Assembly (NCBI GenBank): GCA_976551045.1
Contig: CDPCPM010000344.1
Location: 14,136,001 to 14,200,000 of the forward strand
Length of the DNA: 64,000 nucleotides
Direction of reading: 5' to 3'
Origin: Glaucostegus cemiculus
Taxonomy: Eukaryota
Below are positions 37,842-50,939 of this stretch, piece by piece. How positions within the stretch are numbered: position 1 is the first letter of the stretch; every line of letters begins with the position of its first letter. The notes under the pieces are model-generated. The model searched no databases. It was not told the origin of the DNA and saw only the letters and a program-made list of their open reading frames with translations. The position numbers were made by a program, and so were the translations under genes.

Positions 37842-37946
37842 TGATAGAAGACCAAGTATTACATTCCCTGGAACCCCACTGGCAACATCTTTCCAATCAC
37901 ACACATACCTAGCAGAACTACCATCCACAGATTTTAAGTAGTTTGT
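37842..37946. repeat. 105-bp direct duplication, copy 1 (copy 2 at 41143-41247)
   Basis: Ungapped match with 5 mismatches by manual comparison. Confidence 0.93.
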
Positions 37947-38891
37947 AGAAGAATTAGAGGCAAGAGGATGGTTGTGATATGAAATTCGCTGATAGAAGGA
38001 TGGTGGTGGTAGACAATCCCCCCTCTGCCTGCCATCACGTTTAAACAGTACTTGGATGTGTATATGAAGAGCCACGGGGCTCCAGCCCAAGTGATGGAAG
38101 ATAGAATAAGGCTCAAGAGCTTTTTCTACTAGAACTGGCATGATGGGACAAATAGCCTTATCAAATTTTCTGATTTTTTTTATCCTTGAACTTAATGCTT
38201 TCCTTCACCATCAGGAACTTCGTTATGTGGGCTGCAGTTGGGCAATAAATGCTGGCCTTCCTAATGTTGCTGACATCCATGAATGAACTAAAAAAAAACC
38301 ATTAAATTTCAGTAAAGTCTTTAAAACAGTTGAAAATGTATTCACTCAATCACACATGAATTAATCTTTTGCTTCTTTGCCAATGAATTAATAGAATTGG
38401 ATGGAACCTGCATTATCAGAAACTGAAATTTAGCTTTAAGCTCTTCAACAACACTATGCAATCCCACCACTTTCATAACATTTAAGACAAAAGTAGTTGC
38501 AAAGGAACACCATGACCTTGGAACCACAAACAATCCTTCAGACCTGGTGGAACTTGTAACCTCACCATCTGGAATGCAATAGTTCAAGAATGCAGCTCCC
38601 CAACCACCACCTTTTTAGGCATGATGAGGAATAAGCCATTCCTACTAACTAGACCAACATTCCAAAAGTGAATTTGAAGTGTATATTTGATCACATTTAA
38701 TATTTAGTTTGCAGCAGAATCACTGAATGCTCTAAATTCATATATTTAATTAATGTTCATAAGTAGGCCTGGGAATGTATCCATAGTTCAGCCCATCTTT
38801 TAAACTGTCTTACCCTGCTGTTAAGTTTTACTCTATCATCAACTGCTTGGCATAATTTTTTTAAATTAAATTTTAATTAAATTATTTAATT

Positions 38892-39138
38892 AAATTTATT
38901 TACAGCATGGTAACTGGCCCTTTCGGCCCAACAAGTCCACGCCGCCCATTTTAAACCCCCCAAATTAACCTACTCGTACATCTTTTTTTCAGAATGTGGG
39001 AGGAAACCGGAGCACCCGGAGGAAACCCACGCAGACACGGGAGAACGTACAAACTCCTTACAGTCAGCGACGGGAATGGAACCCCGATCACTGGCGTTGT
39101 AACAGCGTCGCGCTAACCGCTACGCTATTGTGCCGTCC
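38892..39138 (-). mobile_element. Young tRNA-derived SINE
   Basis: Pol III A/B-box head on the minus strand, CpG-rich, AATT-type tail. Nearly identical to 52709-52948 and 55950-56172. Confidence 0.9.
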
Positions 39139-39989
39139 GTAAAAAGAAAACCTTTAAAACTCAACAAATAAGTGTTTACCTCTACTTGTAGACGGAATTT
39201 AAGCAAAATGTTTTGCTACATTTTTTTTAAATGTGGGTTACACCCTTGTTGCATTCAATGAGGGTAAACATTTAATAGTTCTGTTTTCCTGGATGTCTAT
39301 GCTTATGAAACATGCATTGTTCTGGAACTAGTATTTCAAGTTTAAGCAGGAAGATGGATCTTATAAGGAAACAAACTGCTAACCAGATCTCACACTTCAT
39401 CTTCATAATAGAACTGCTTTCCCGAAGAGTCATTATAATTTTGGCCCAGATGTACTAGGCAGCAGCAGAACTAAAATAACACATCCTATTGGTGTGGTAC
39501 GTAGTGTTGTAATTCTTCTTGCCTGCTTCCCCTAATATTGAAAACTTTCTAATCCATCCACCGTTTTTGATGATTAATCAATGTTTGCCCCAGATTTAGC
39601 CCTAGTAGAATATTCAAGGTTAGACTTGCAATGCAAAATAAAATAAATATAACTTGCAAGTTACTGAATATGAGCTGATTAAAGCCCAGGGACTGTAACA
39701 GGGTGACCAGTTACAATGAAGCAAACATTGAAGGATTAAGAAGGAAGGGGAAATTTGTGGAAAAAGTATAAATTAGTATTAGTGAATTCAATACCAAACC
39801 AGATACAAGAAAAGAGAAAGATTGAATTATGATTGAAAAGGAAAAAAAGTCTTGTTTAAAATTTGATTTGTTAGCTGTAATTAATATCTGAAGCAAAGAC
39901 AATTTAAGCAAAACATTACTGCATTTTAAAATGTGTGTTACACCTGTGTTGCAAAAACAAAATGCTGGAGATTACCAGATGATCAACCA

Positions 39990-40885
39990 CACTCACTGGA
40001 AGGTCCTTGATTCCATCCCACGGCACATTATACAGTACAGTACAAACTCAATACTACCCAAGCAAGATGTTGAAAAGACCATCCAACAGCTGAAAAACAA
40101 GTCCTCTGCAGGAGATGGAATCCCTCCTGAAGTTTTAATGTAGCACATATTCATAACCCTTATTACCCTCCACTCAGAGCACCAAGGGGATCTCAGAGAT
40201 GCTGTAACTGCAACCATCTCAAGAAAGGAAACAAGTCTTGTGTGAATAATTACAGAAAGTCCCTCTTATTTGCTACAAGGGTAGCCAAAGAGTTCCACCC
40301 AGAGTTTCATCCATTGAGAGGTACTATTGATGTGATATTCACTACAAAACAAACCCAAGAAAAATGTGGGGAGCAGCACCCATCCCATCACTTTTTTTCC
40401 ATCCTCCACAATAGCTGTCCTCAAATTTGTTAGCATTCTACATCGGCTACATAGCTCCACCACAAACCCAACACTGGTGCAGAATGAGACCAAGCAAGGC
40501 TATTTCATCACACTAACCCTCTTCTCAATTTTAAATATTTGCCTCCAACAGAATGAACATTCCAGAATGAAAGAGATCACTCAACCAGCTCAAGTGGGTG
40601 AGCCACATCATCTGCCTGCCTGATTGCAGACTTCTGAAACAAATATTCTAGTCTGAGCTTCATGATAGCAAGAAATTTCCTAGAGGATGCAGAAAATATT
40701 TCAAGGACAATTGTCAAAGTTTCCTTGAAAATCAACACCCAGAAAGGCACTGAGCATTTAAGTTTCTATCACAGGAGTAAACAGAAGGACCACACGACTT
40801 CCCAAAAGAACCCACTTTGACAAACACCACCTACCCCACCTATGGCAGAGTGTGGATCCCGCTTCATCGGTCACCTCAAAATATC
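39990..40885 (+). mobile_element. Degenerate RTE (BovB-like) LINE fragment
   Basis: Translated pieces DVEKTIQQLKNKSSAGDGIPPEVL, NNYRKSLL, RGTIDVIFTTKQTQEKCGEQ and ETKQG are RTE RT motifs. Multiple stops. Confidence 0.65.
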
Positions 40886-41059
40886 TTTAACTTGTCCAGT
40901 TCTATGAAAGGTCTTTGCCCTGAAACTTTGTTTCTTTGTCCCACAGATGCTGCCTGACCTGCCAAATATTTCCAGTGTTTTCTGTTTTTAAGCTTTTGTT
41001 TTACGAGATTGTTTTGATCTCAGTGCCGAGGATTCCAGCTCTGCAGTTATACTCTTTTT

Positions 41060-42600
41060 ATGTATTCATTCACAGAACATGAGCTTTGTAGGTAAGGGCA
41101 ACATTCCTATTCCAACTGTAATTACCTTTGCACAGGTCATGGTGATAGTAGACCAAGTAATACATTCCCTGGAACCCCACTGGCAACATCTTTCCACTCA
41201 CACACATACCTAGCAGAACTACTATCCACAGATTTTAAGTAATTTGTCCCTTTAGTGTAGGTTGAGATGTTCCATTGAAGAAGTCATGGCAAATTGTAGG
41301 TGGTACACACAGCAGCCAAGATGTATTGGTGCGCCAATGCTGAAGGATGTAGGTATTCACAGTGATGGATGGAGTGCTTTGTCTTCAATGGTACTGAGCT
41401 TCTTGACTATTACTGGAACTGCACACCTCCATCCAAGTGAATGGTATTCTGTCACGTGTCTGATTATGGATTATAGATGGTGGACAGACTTAATGGAATG
41501 TGGCCATTGCTGGCAAGGTGGGCATTAATTGGAAAGATGGTGGTGAGCTGTCTTCTTGACTACTGCAGTCAATGTGATGAAAGTGCTGCCATTATGCTGC
41601 TGTGTAGAGTTAATAGTATTTAATCTCACTGCCAATGAAAATGTGCTGATGTATTTCCAGATCAGTTTTGTACATGGCTCCGAAGGTAACTTGCAGATAG
41701 TGGCTTTTTTAAAAAGGAAATCCAGCTGACCCTGGCCTTCCAAGTGATAGTGAAGGTCATAGTTTTGAGAGGTGGTGTCGACGGAGCTTTAATTAACACA
41801 CAGCGGCTATGGTGCACTGGTGATAGAGGGAGTGAAAGTTTAGGTGGAAGATTGGATACCAATCAACCAGTTTACTTTGTCATTGGTGTAGGTTAGCTCC
41901 TTAAACATTGTTGGAGCCTCACGTATTCAATAAAGTGGAGAGCATCCCATTGTACTCCTGATTTCTAACTGGCAGAAGTGCTTTGGGGAATCATTTGTTA
42001 AGTTATTTGACAGAGGATACCTGCCCTCTCATCTGCACTTGTAACCCATAGTGTATGTGTGGTCAGTCCAGTTAATTTTTTGGTCAGTCATGACTTTTAG
42101 GTTGATGATGGTGGGATTCAGCAGGAATAATTCCATTGAATTTCTTGGGGAGATGGTTAAACTCTATCATTTTTAATCTGATCATACCCTGACAATTAAG
42201 TGGCACAAATGTTACTTGCCACTTATCATCCCATGACTGAATGTTGTCCAGATCTTGCTGCATACAGGCATAGTCTATTTCAATATCTGGGGCATTGCAA
42301 ATGGAATTGATCATTTATGTCCTCCTCAATGAACATGCATATTTCTGACATGTTAGAGAGGTCTTTGATGAAGGAGTTGAAAAGCTCTAGGACAGTTTTG
42401 AGGGGCTTCTGCAACACTCTCCTATGACTGAGATGATTGGCTTCTAGCAACCATATTTTTCTTTCTTGGTACTAGATATGACTTAATCCTCTGGAAAGTT
42501 TACCCTCATATTCCCATTGACTTCAATTTTGCTCGGGGTTCTTGATGTGCTACAATCAACTGCTGCCTTGATACTAAGAGCAGTTACTCACTTCAAATGT
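41060..42600 (-). mobile_element. Fragmented CR1-like LINE 3' regions
   Basis: The minus strand encodes MQQDLDNIQSWDDKWQVTFVPLNCQGM. The 3' UTR motif (ggtggtgagctgtcttcttga) matches plus-strand copies at 51 kb and 61 kb. Confidence 0.65.
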
Positions 42601-44556
42601 ATATTCATCACTCATTGAGAGAAACAGAGTTACATTTCAGATTGATGATCTTCCTTTAGAAATGGGATTTTTTAAATTTTAAGATGCTAGCTTTCAGATA
42701 AAATCTGTTTATGTTTTCCTAACTCTAAGGAAGGATCGTTGACTTGAACCATCAAATCTCTGATTCCTGATCTGCTAAGTAGTTCAAATGCTTTTTCTTC
42801 CTCCTTCAAACTTCAGATTTCCAACATCCAGAGTACTTTGGCATCTTATTCATCATTTACAGTATTATTCACAAATCAACCAATGCTAAAAAATTTTGTT
42901 TTAATATTTATAGTAAGACACCTTGTTAATAAAGTCTTCTCTAATTAGAAGTAAGGTGAATTATGAATAGAGGAAGTAGCTCATGTTAGATCACACTCAC
43001 TTTCTTCACTGTCACTTTAAACATTGTGAATTAAATTTTCCTCCATTGTACCACATTTAAAAAGATGATGGACCAGAGTTACCTGCCCATTTGCTTCACC
43101 TAACACCTCAAAGACCCTAGTCTGGCTCCACGAATGAGAGGAAGAGCACCATTCTCAGGGACAATGATCATTACTGGGGAGAGAAATGCTCCAGTATTTA
43201 TCTCTCCCTTTCCTTAGTCTCCTTTGCTGCAACATGAGGCTCTTTTTTACTTTTTTAAAACCTTGAATTAATTCTGCTGCATTTAAAGCTTCCTGTTCCT
43301 CTAAGTGAAATGCACAGAAGATGTATTATTGCATCTTCAGCGCATTTCCCAGAAAAGCAACCATGGACTTCCTCAATTTTATGAGGTTTCTACCAACAAA
43401 TTAAAGTTCTGTCAGAGAAATATGACTTAGGGTTGTGTCATGGGCAGCAGTTCTGACCCAAACTTCCCCATGAGCAAAACTACCCTAAATAACAATGCAT
43501 ACAGACATGGTCTGTTTCAATAACTGAGGAGTTACAAATGGAAGCTATCCTGGTTATGAAAGTGCATGCAATTCTAGTATTTTTGAGGGTTCGAATTTTG
43601 ATGGTGTATTAAGTGAATTGCTGAGACATACAGAGAAGTTTTCTGCTGCAGCCTTGTTTGGAATTCAAAATGCACATTGCATGTATCCAGAGGAATTTTG
43701 GGAGGTCTTCATCATACTAAAATATTTTAGAGGGCAAATACAAAATTCGCCAAAATATAATGTCATCTTGATTATAAAGTACAATCAATATGTTTAATAA
43801 TTTAGTTTTGTAGTGAGATTAGATACCTGCAACCATTGAGCTTACTTTGAAGGTCAAGAGCCTATTTTAATAATCAAAAACTAACAAACAGTAGATCATA
43901 AGAAGAAAGTTGATATTGTTTTCTGAAGCACAATGAGCAGGAAGAAAGACATTTGTATTTATAACTTTCACAGCCTTAAGACATCCCAAAGCACTTAGTT
44001 AATTAAGTACATTAGAACTATGCTCACTATTCCAATGTAGGAAACTTAGAAACCAATTTGCATACTGCCAGGACAATTATCTAAGTAGTAATGGCCAGAA
44101 TCTATTTCAGTAATGTTGGTTGAGAGAAACACATCATATAACTCTGTACAAATTTAATATGGAACCTGATCAGCATGACTTAATACAGCAGATTCTGTTT
44201 ATTCTTCCAATCTTTTGCACTTTGAGTTCTAGATATTTGGCTTAAACTGCCTTTTATCATGTGACCCTGACTTCATTCTGCAGAGTTTCTCTGTACTTTC
44301 AACTGATTATTTGAGTTTAGACTACAGTTTCACAGTAAATTGCAAAGTAAGGTCTTAGCAATGTATGAATGTTATGAGTCAGTTATAAGATTTTATGATG
44401 TTGTATAATATTTCATGTATAATTTGCTTTGAAGTAGGTGACTGTTGTTTTGGAAGAAAATATATCAGCAACAATCCTCAAACACTGCAAGTTCAGTAAC
44501 CTGTAGGTCACTTTTTGTTGGCGTCCTGGCCAAGATTTCTTGCACAATAATAGTGC

Positions 44557-44745
44557 ACAATCTAAAGAACCCTTACAGAAAATCAGTTGATAGCTAGGTA
44601 TAGATCATGTTGGAAGTGGTGTCCTTTAAGTAAGGAATGTCACAGTTCATTCAGGTGACCCTTATCAATCCCATGACAGTCACCACTTCCAACATGATCT
44701 ATACCTAGCTATCAACTGATTTTCTGTAAGGGTTCTTTAGATTGT
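44557..44745. repeat. Perfect 65-bp inverted repeat with 59-bp spacer
   Basis: 44557-44621 is the exact reverse complement of 44681-44745, extendable to 70 bp with one mismatch. Confidence 0.97.
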
Positions 44746-44979
44746 CCACTGTAAATCTGAAAGAACTATGAAAATCTTAAAAATATGATATAATTTTTGC
44801 AGAGTTTCAGTAGCTCCCCTGACAGTTGTAGTGGATGGCTAGGATAGTTTTGCAGGAGAACTTAACTTGGCTGGCAGGAGAGAACAAGGGGGAGGTGAAG
44901 AAGTGTGACATAACATAATTAGGTAGAAAATTTGTGGAGAGATATAGCATATGCTAAAGGCATGGTTCTAAAGGGTGTT

Positions 44980-45625
44980 CAGCAACAGAAGGACTTGGGT
45001 GTGTTTACATATAAATCTTGAAGGTGGCAGTACACCTTGATAGAAATGGGAGTCTGGGTCTCATAAATATAGATATGGAGCTAAGAAGGTGGGAGGTTAT
45101 GTTGGATCCTTATAAAGACCAGCTTAGGTCACATCTGCAATAGTCCAATTCTAGTCACCAGCCTTTAGAAAACATGTGAAGCTCCTGGAGTGGATTCAGA
45201 AGAGATATTAGAATGGTTCAGGATGAGGGATTTCAACTACAAGTTAAAAGTGGAAAAACTGAAGTTGTTCTCCTTGGAGCAATGAAAGTTGAGAAGATAC
45301 GATACAGGCGTAACAAGATCATGAGAGGTTTAGATAAGACTGGGAAAAGTTGTTACCATTAGCAGTCCAAGGACAGAGGGACACTAATTTAAAATTAAAA
45401 ACAAAACATAGAATGTGTGGATATTTATTTAATCACAGAAAATGGTGAAAGTTAGTCTAAACAGAGAAGGGTCAATCAGGGCTTTCAAAAGGGATTTTGA
45501 TAAGGGAAAATAATTTACATAGTCACGGGGAAAGAGCAGGAGAATGGGACAGAATAGATAGCAGTACAGGGAGTTGGCATGGATTTCATGGGTCGAATGG
45601 CTTCCTCCTCCACCACAGCAATTCT
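44980..45625 (+). mobile_element. CR1 LINE 3' end
   Basis: ggacttgggtgtg...ctggagtggattcagaagaga...ttgttctccttggagca...gggtcgaatggcttcctcc, the canonical CR1 C-terminus and 3' UTR. Confidence 0.7.
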
Positions 45626-46871
45626 ACGAAAAGAAATCACCCCCTAAATGCCTCAGCTCCAAAATACGTCAACCTCACAACTTTGTGTAACCCATCACAT
45701 CTCTGTGTACTGGACTGGTAGCTCTCTGGATCCACTTTGTTGCCACTTTGGCCAAGGAAGGGCAAGGAATAATATTCCCTCTCCATAAAGAAACTCCTAC
45801 ATTCTTTCAATTCCACTTCTTCTGTCCCATAGCACTGTTGTATCTCCAGTCATTAGAAAGGAAAATGGAGTGACATATTGATTATTGTTATTTATTGTTT
45901 AATTCCAAACTTTTTATAATTGACATATTCTAATGTACAGCCTTTTCTTCCATTATAAAACTGCTGTTCCTCTGTGCCAAGATGTGAATAAATTCACTTT
46001 AGCCTATTATAGGTTCTGCAATAACAGAATAATCTTCTGTCCTCCACAGATCTTTCCCATTCCTCAGTGGTAAGAACACTTTTGAGATACGTTATTACAA
46101 GTATCACAGCCTGCCTCAAAAACAGCAAATCACTTGAAATGCACGGAGTTCCTGACTATATTTTGTTTTCAACATTCTCTCTTCTATTAAGCCTTTCCTG
46201 AATTCTTTTTGCTACAGCAACCCCTCTACCTACAATTCATTATTCAGATGGTTTGCATTTATCTCTGGAATGCAGATGTGGCAGTTTTACTGAGATGTTG
46301 ATACCAATACTGCAGAACCTTGTTGCAGGTAAATACATTGAACATGATATGAAATTACACTTCCTGTCTACTACCTAGCACAGACAAATATAAAATGCAT
46401 GAAGGAGCAGAATCATGCTTTATTCTGTAAATAAAATCAAAACTAGTCTATCTTCTACAATAGTGCAGGCAATCAGAATTTTACCAACTTTTAGAAGACA
46501 AGACCAATCCTGGCTGAAAAATTTAAAGGGACAGTGTCGGCAGACTAGTCATCTCTGTGAGATTGTCACAAAGTTAAGCTTGATCCTGTTCATTCAATCC
46601 CGATGCATGCATTTTGTGGCAAGGGTCACTGGATATCCGTCAAAGTGAGTACATTATTAATCTGAAGGCCAATTATAGTGCCCCTTATAACTGCTCCATC
46701 ATAGAAAGGACATCATTCCTGAGACCTTTGTAATCTCAACAACTCTGACTTAAACAGAATTAGAAAATCTGAATATTTACAATGACAATAAAGCCATAAT
46801 TTTTAGTGAAATTAAGTAATCACGTTGAGTGCTCTGACTCAGAATTTACTTCTCCATGTACAAAGTCTCAC

Positions 46872-46992
46872 CTCACATCTATAACAGTTCACGTGAAAGC
46901 GGAGCCCAAACAGTTCAATGTTGATGCACTCCTCTTGTCCAGTTTCTGGTATGATTGGCATTTTGCAGACACAGCACTGTGGGGCATATCTC
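46872..46992 (-). CDS. FBLIM1: FBLIM1 coding exon 6 (121 nt): first half of LIM3
   Basis: Acceptor ctcatttcag|G and donor GAG|gtgaga. Encodes RYAPQCCVCKMPIIPETGQEECINIELFGLRFHVNCYRCE. Not in the ORF track. Confidence 0.94.
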
Positions 46993-47514
46993 CTGAAATG
47001 AGAAACATCAATTTTTTTTCCATTCCATTAATTTTCTTTTACTCTCGCTGAAAATTGTTGATCTGGGGATACATGGGAAGATCTCTGGGATCTTTCATAA
47101 ATTCTTCAGAACCTATATTGGGGAGCTCATATGATGCGACTTCACTCAAAGTCTAGCATCTCATACTTTCTAGAGGAGCTATATTTGTGCTTTTTTTTCC
47201 CTAACCAGAAAACTGAATCCAATTTGTAGCATCACCCTTGCATTCGCAAAGCCTTGCAGTCTATGTTTCTCAGCTCCACATTTGACAATTGATTTATCAC
47301 TTGTGCCATGAGTAAGAAAATTTCTTTTTAATAACTTTGCTAATTTAATTCTTGGTCATGAGGGGATGAGGGAGAATTCAATTATTCACAATGTGAGAGT
47401 AGGTTCAATATTCTACTGCCTCTAAACTAAATGCATGATCATCTGCTTTATGATATGCACTTAAGTTCTTTCACTGTTACCTATTGGCTTTTAAATGATA
47501 CTCAGATATTGAAA

Positions 47515-48630
47515 TCCATAGAATCATTAAAAATATCCCGCACAGAAACAGGCCCTTTTGTCCCACCTGGACCATGCCAATTGTGATGCCTGTCAACACT
47601 AATCCCATTTGCCTGCATTGGGCCTGCTTCCCTCTCTGTCTTTCCTAGCCAACAACCTATCCAAATGCTTTTTAAATGTTGCAATTGTATCAGCCTCCAC
47701 CACTTCCTCTGGCAGCTTGTTCCAGATTTTCACATCCTCTGTGTGAAAAACTTGCCTCTCAGATCTCCTTTAAAGTTTTCCTCTGTCACCTTATATCTGT
47801 GCCCCCTAATTCTAGGGTCCTCTGCCCTGGCAAAAAGATTCTGACTATCTATTCTACCTACACCCTCAAAATTTTATAAACCTCTATAATGTCACCCTTC
47901 AGCCTCCTACTTTCCTGTGAGGATAAACCCAGCCTATCCAATCTCCTTATAACTACAGCCCTTCAATCCAGGCAACATCCTGGTGAATTTCTTCTGCACT
48001 CTCTCTATGGCTATCATCTCCTACCTGTAGTATGGCAGCCAGAACCATACACAATGTTAAGTGTGATCTAACCAACTGTTTGTACTATTGGAACATGATG
48101 TTACAACTCTTATATTTAACGCTTCAGCCTATGAAGGTAAGCATACCAAATGCCTTTTTCACTACCTTATGCAACTGGTCACCACTTTCAATTCTCTCTG
48201 TACTGCATATCTATGCTCCTAAGGTTCCTGCCATTTACTCTATATGTCCTATCAGAATTTGACTTCCAAATATGCATTACCTCATACTTGTCTGGATTAA
48301 ATTCCATCTCCCACTGCTCCACCCAACTTTCCAGCCGATCTATGTCCCACTGTATCCTTCAATAAACTTTTTTCTCTATTTACAACACCATCAATTTTCA
48401 TCTTATTTGTAAGCTCACTAATCATACCACCAACATTCTCATCCAAGTTAACTGTATGTATATATATATTGCAAGCAACAAAGGTCCCAACACAGATTTG
48501 TGGTACACTACTTGTTGCAGACTTCCAGTCAGAAAAACACCCATCCACCACTACCCTCTGTATCACCAAGCCAATTTTGGATCCAATTTACCAACACACC
48601 TTAAATCCCTTGTGCCTTAGCTTCTGGACC
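47515..48630 (-). mobile_element. CR1 LINE RT C-terminus and 3' UTR (decayed)
   Basis: The minus strand encodes QRVVVDGCFSDWKSATSSVPQ...NLDENVGGMISELTNKMKIDGVVN, with a CR1 3' UTR at about 47515-47700. Confidence 0.85.
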
Positions 48631-49643
48631 TTCATTTTTCTTAGTTACCTCCTTAAAAAAACTCAATCCACTTGCACTATTTGGCACTAAATATGTCCTG
48701 TTATTTTTGTGGATTTGACATGTATATTCAAAGGCATGCATAAAATAGATTTGTCATCCAACAAATAGATATTTTGATCATAAAGTCTTGCATTATTAGC
48801 ATTTTATTAATAATATGCAGCCAGTAAAGCTCACTTGCTTTGCGTGATCCAAATTTCTGATTGGTCTGCAAAGCAGTTTCGATGTACAACAGTGCCACAG
48901 ACTGATAGAAAGTGGACTTGCAATTTTGCACCAGACTCATGATGAAAATGGGCAATATTTTAAGTTACTTTGAATGGCAAGGATAAGAAATTAAACATGG
49001 ATATTACAATTATTAAATGGGGAAATATTTGCATATTTACTCATCTAAGCTTCTTCAATAACAAAGATTTTTTTGCTCAGACATGGCAGGTAAGGAGATT
49101 TCTTCATACTTCTCAAAGTCATACAAGTTATTTTTACACAGTGAGTGATCAACACCTGGATTGGACTGGCATTAAGTTTATAGGAGGTTGGATGGGCTTT
49201 CAGAAATAAATGGATGCAATCATAGGCTAACAATAGAGTGCTTCTGGAGGAATGAACTAATACAAGTTAAATGGACTCTTCAGAGCCTGATCCAGTCCTC
49301 ATTCATTTCCATTCACTTTCCAGCAGAAATCACTGATCTTTTCCCATTCTAGCCCAGGGGCATTGAAGCTAACTTTGCCATCCAAAATGCTATTGTAGTT
49401 GAGATATGCTATTTCTGCTCACTGCAGCCACTGTGATCAGTACGATAGCATGTAATGCAATTACTCACTGAGCCACCTTATGAATTAGAGAGTGTATTAG
49501 AGAACTTAAATGATTTTGTAGTACCCTGGGTAAAGCATGGTAAGTCTGGATCTAATTTAGAACAATGAATCAGCATAAAAGGAAACCTTTTGCTAAAGCA
49601 TATATTTTCAGTATTGCTTTGCATAGAAATATAGGAATTATAC

Positions 49644-49822
49644 CTCTGGAAGTCTTCAAGGCAGTGAATCTCATTAGCTTGGTTCACTCCAAAACGCTCC
49701 GTTCCAATAAGCCGGTTGCAGACAACGCATGTGAAGCACTCAGGGTGGAAAGCTTTGCCCATAGCTCTAATAATCTGATTCATTATGGTTTTATTGCATT
49801 TTCCACACTTCTCCAAGGTGTT
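49644..49822 (-). CDS. FBLIM1: FBLIM1 coding exon 5 (179 nt): LIM2
   Basis: Acceptor ttgcag|AAC and donor AG|gtataa. Encodes NTLEKCGKCNKTIMNQIIRAMGKAFHPECFTCVVCNRLIGTERFGVNQANEIHCLEDFQ. Confidence 0.96.
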
Positions 49823-50349
49823 CTGCAATTTAAGGGAGAATGGAAATCATAGTTAACATCCTCACTGCAGCTGACAGAAAAAGAATCTATTATACTGTGC
49901 ACATTATATTATGTTAGCCAGGTTTGTTGGGTCTCCATTAAATTGCTTTTTCCCTTTTCAATAAAAACCACACAGAGTGAGGTGTGTGCAGAAATAATCA
50001 TCTTATCTTGGGAAGACATCTACATGATCTCTATTACATCTGGGCCTCTTCCACATGACCTGTATTACATTTAATATGATCCTTTCAAGTTGATGAGCCT
50101 ACTTGCAGAGAAAATTAAAGTTACTGTTCCCACAGGTTTGATGGTCTATCAGGATGTCAAGGAGTCCAATGAAAACTATGCTGTGCCACACTCAGTGCAT
50201 CTTCTAGGGGGACATCTAATGCAAGAAAATAGCATCAGAAAAGTATAATATTGTCCTAATAGACTATCCTGCCCACAATTTTCTTTTATTCATAACTCAC
50301 ATGTGGAGGATAGTGTCCAAAGGATTGCTTTAACAATGATTTAGTAGAT

Positions 50350-50692
50350 AGAGTGGCGCACTAGTAGGTCTGCTGCTTCAGACCGCAAGATACACAGGTT
50401 CAACCTGAGTGCTGTCTGTGTGGAGTTTGCATGTTCTCCCTCTGACTATGTGGGTTTCTTCCGGGTTCTTCTGCTTCTTCCCACATTCCAAAGGTGTGTG
50501 GGTTGGTAGGTTCATGGGCTACTGTGAATTGTGCCTAGTTTGTAGGTGAGTGGTAGAATCTGGGGGAGTGGATGTGAATAAAAGGAGAATAAAAAACATT
50601 GATTCAGGATTAATGTAAATGGGTGTTGATTGTCAGCAAGGACTTGGTGTGGGCTGAAGGGCCTGTTTCCATGCTGTATGTCTCTATGACTC
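50350..50692 (+). mobile_element. HE1-like SINE
   Basis: tRNA-like head, gtctgtgtggagtttgcatgttctccc body and CR1-type tail gggcctgtttccatgctgtatgtctctatgactct. Confidence 0.85.
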
Positions 50693-50939
50693 TAGGTAGT
50701 GGAAGGAAGCAAATCAAAAACCTTACTTATCAACTAAAGATTTCTCAAACATCTTGATGATTAAGGGAAGGAGAAAGAAAAGCCAATAGGGTTCCTACTG
50801 CTGATCATTTATCCAGCAAAAAGAAGAAAGTCGTTATTTTTGGAGATCAATTTCCCAGCCACAGTATATTACTGCAGCTGGTCCTCAAGGAAGTGGCCAA
50901 TGCCTTCATGTACAGCTCCTCAGCAGGTGAAGCAGTCCA

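Noticed and set aside
38892-39138. tRNA-like A/B boxes here and at 52.9, 56.1 and 57.1 kb
   Set aside because: These are SINE heads fused to repeat bodies, with no full cloverleaf, so they are not tRNA genes.
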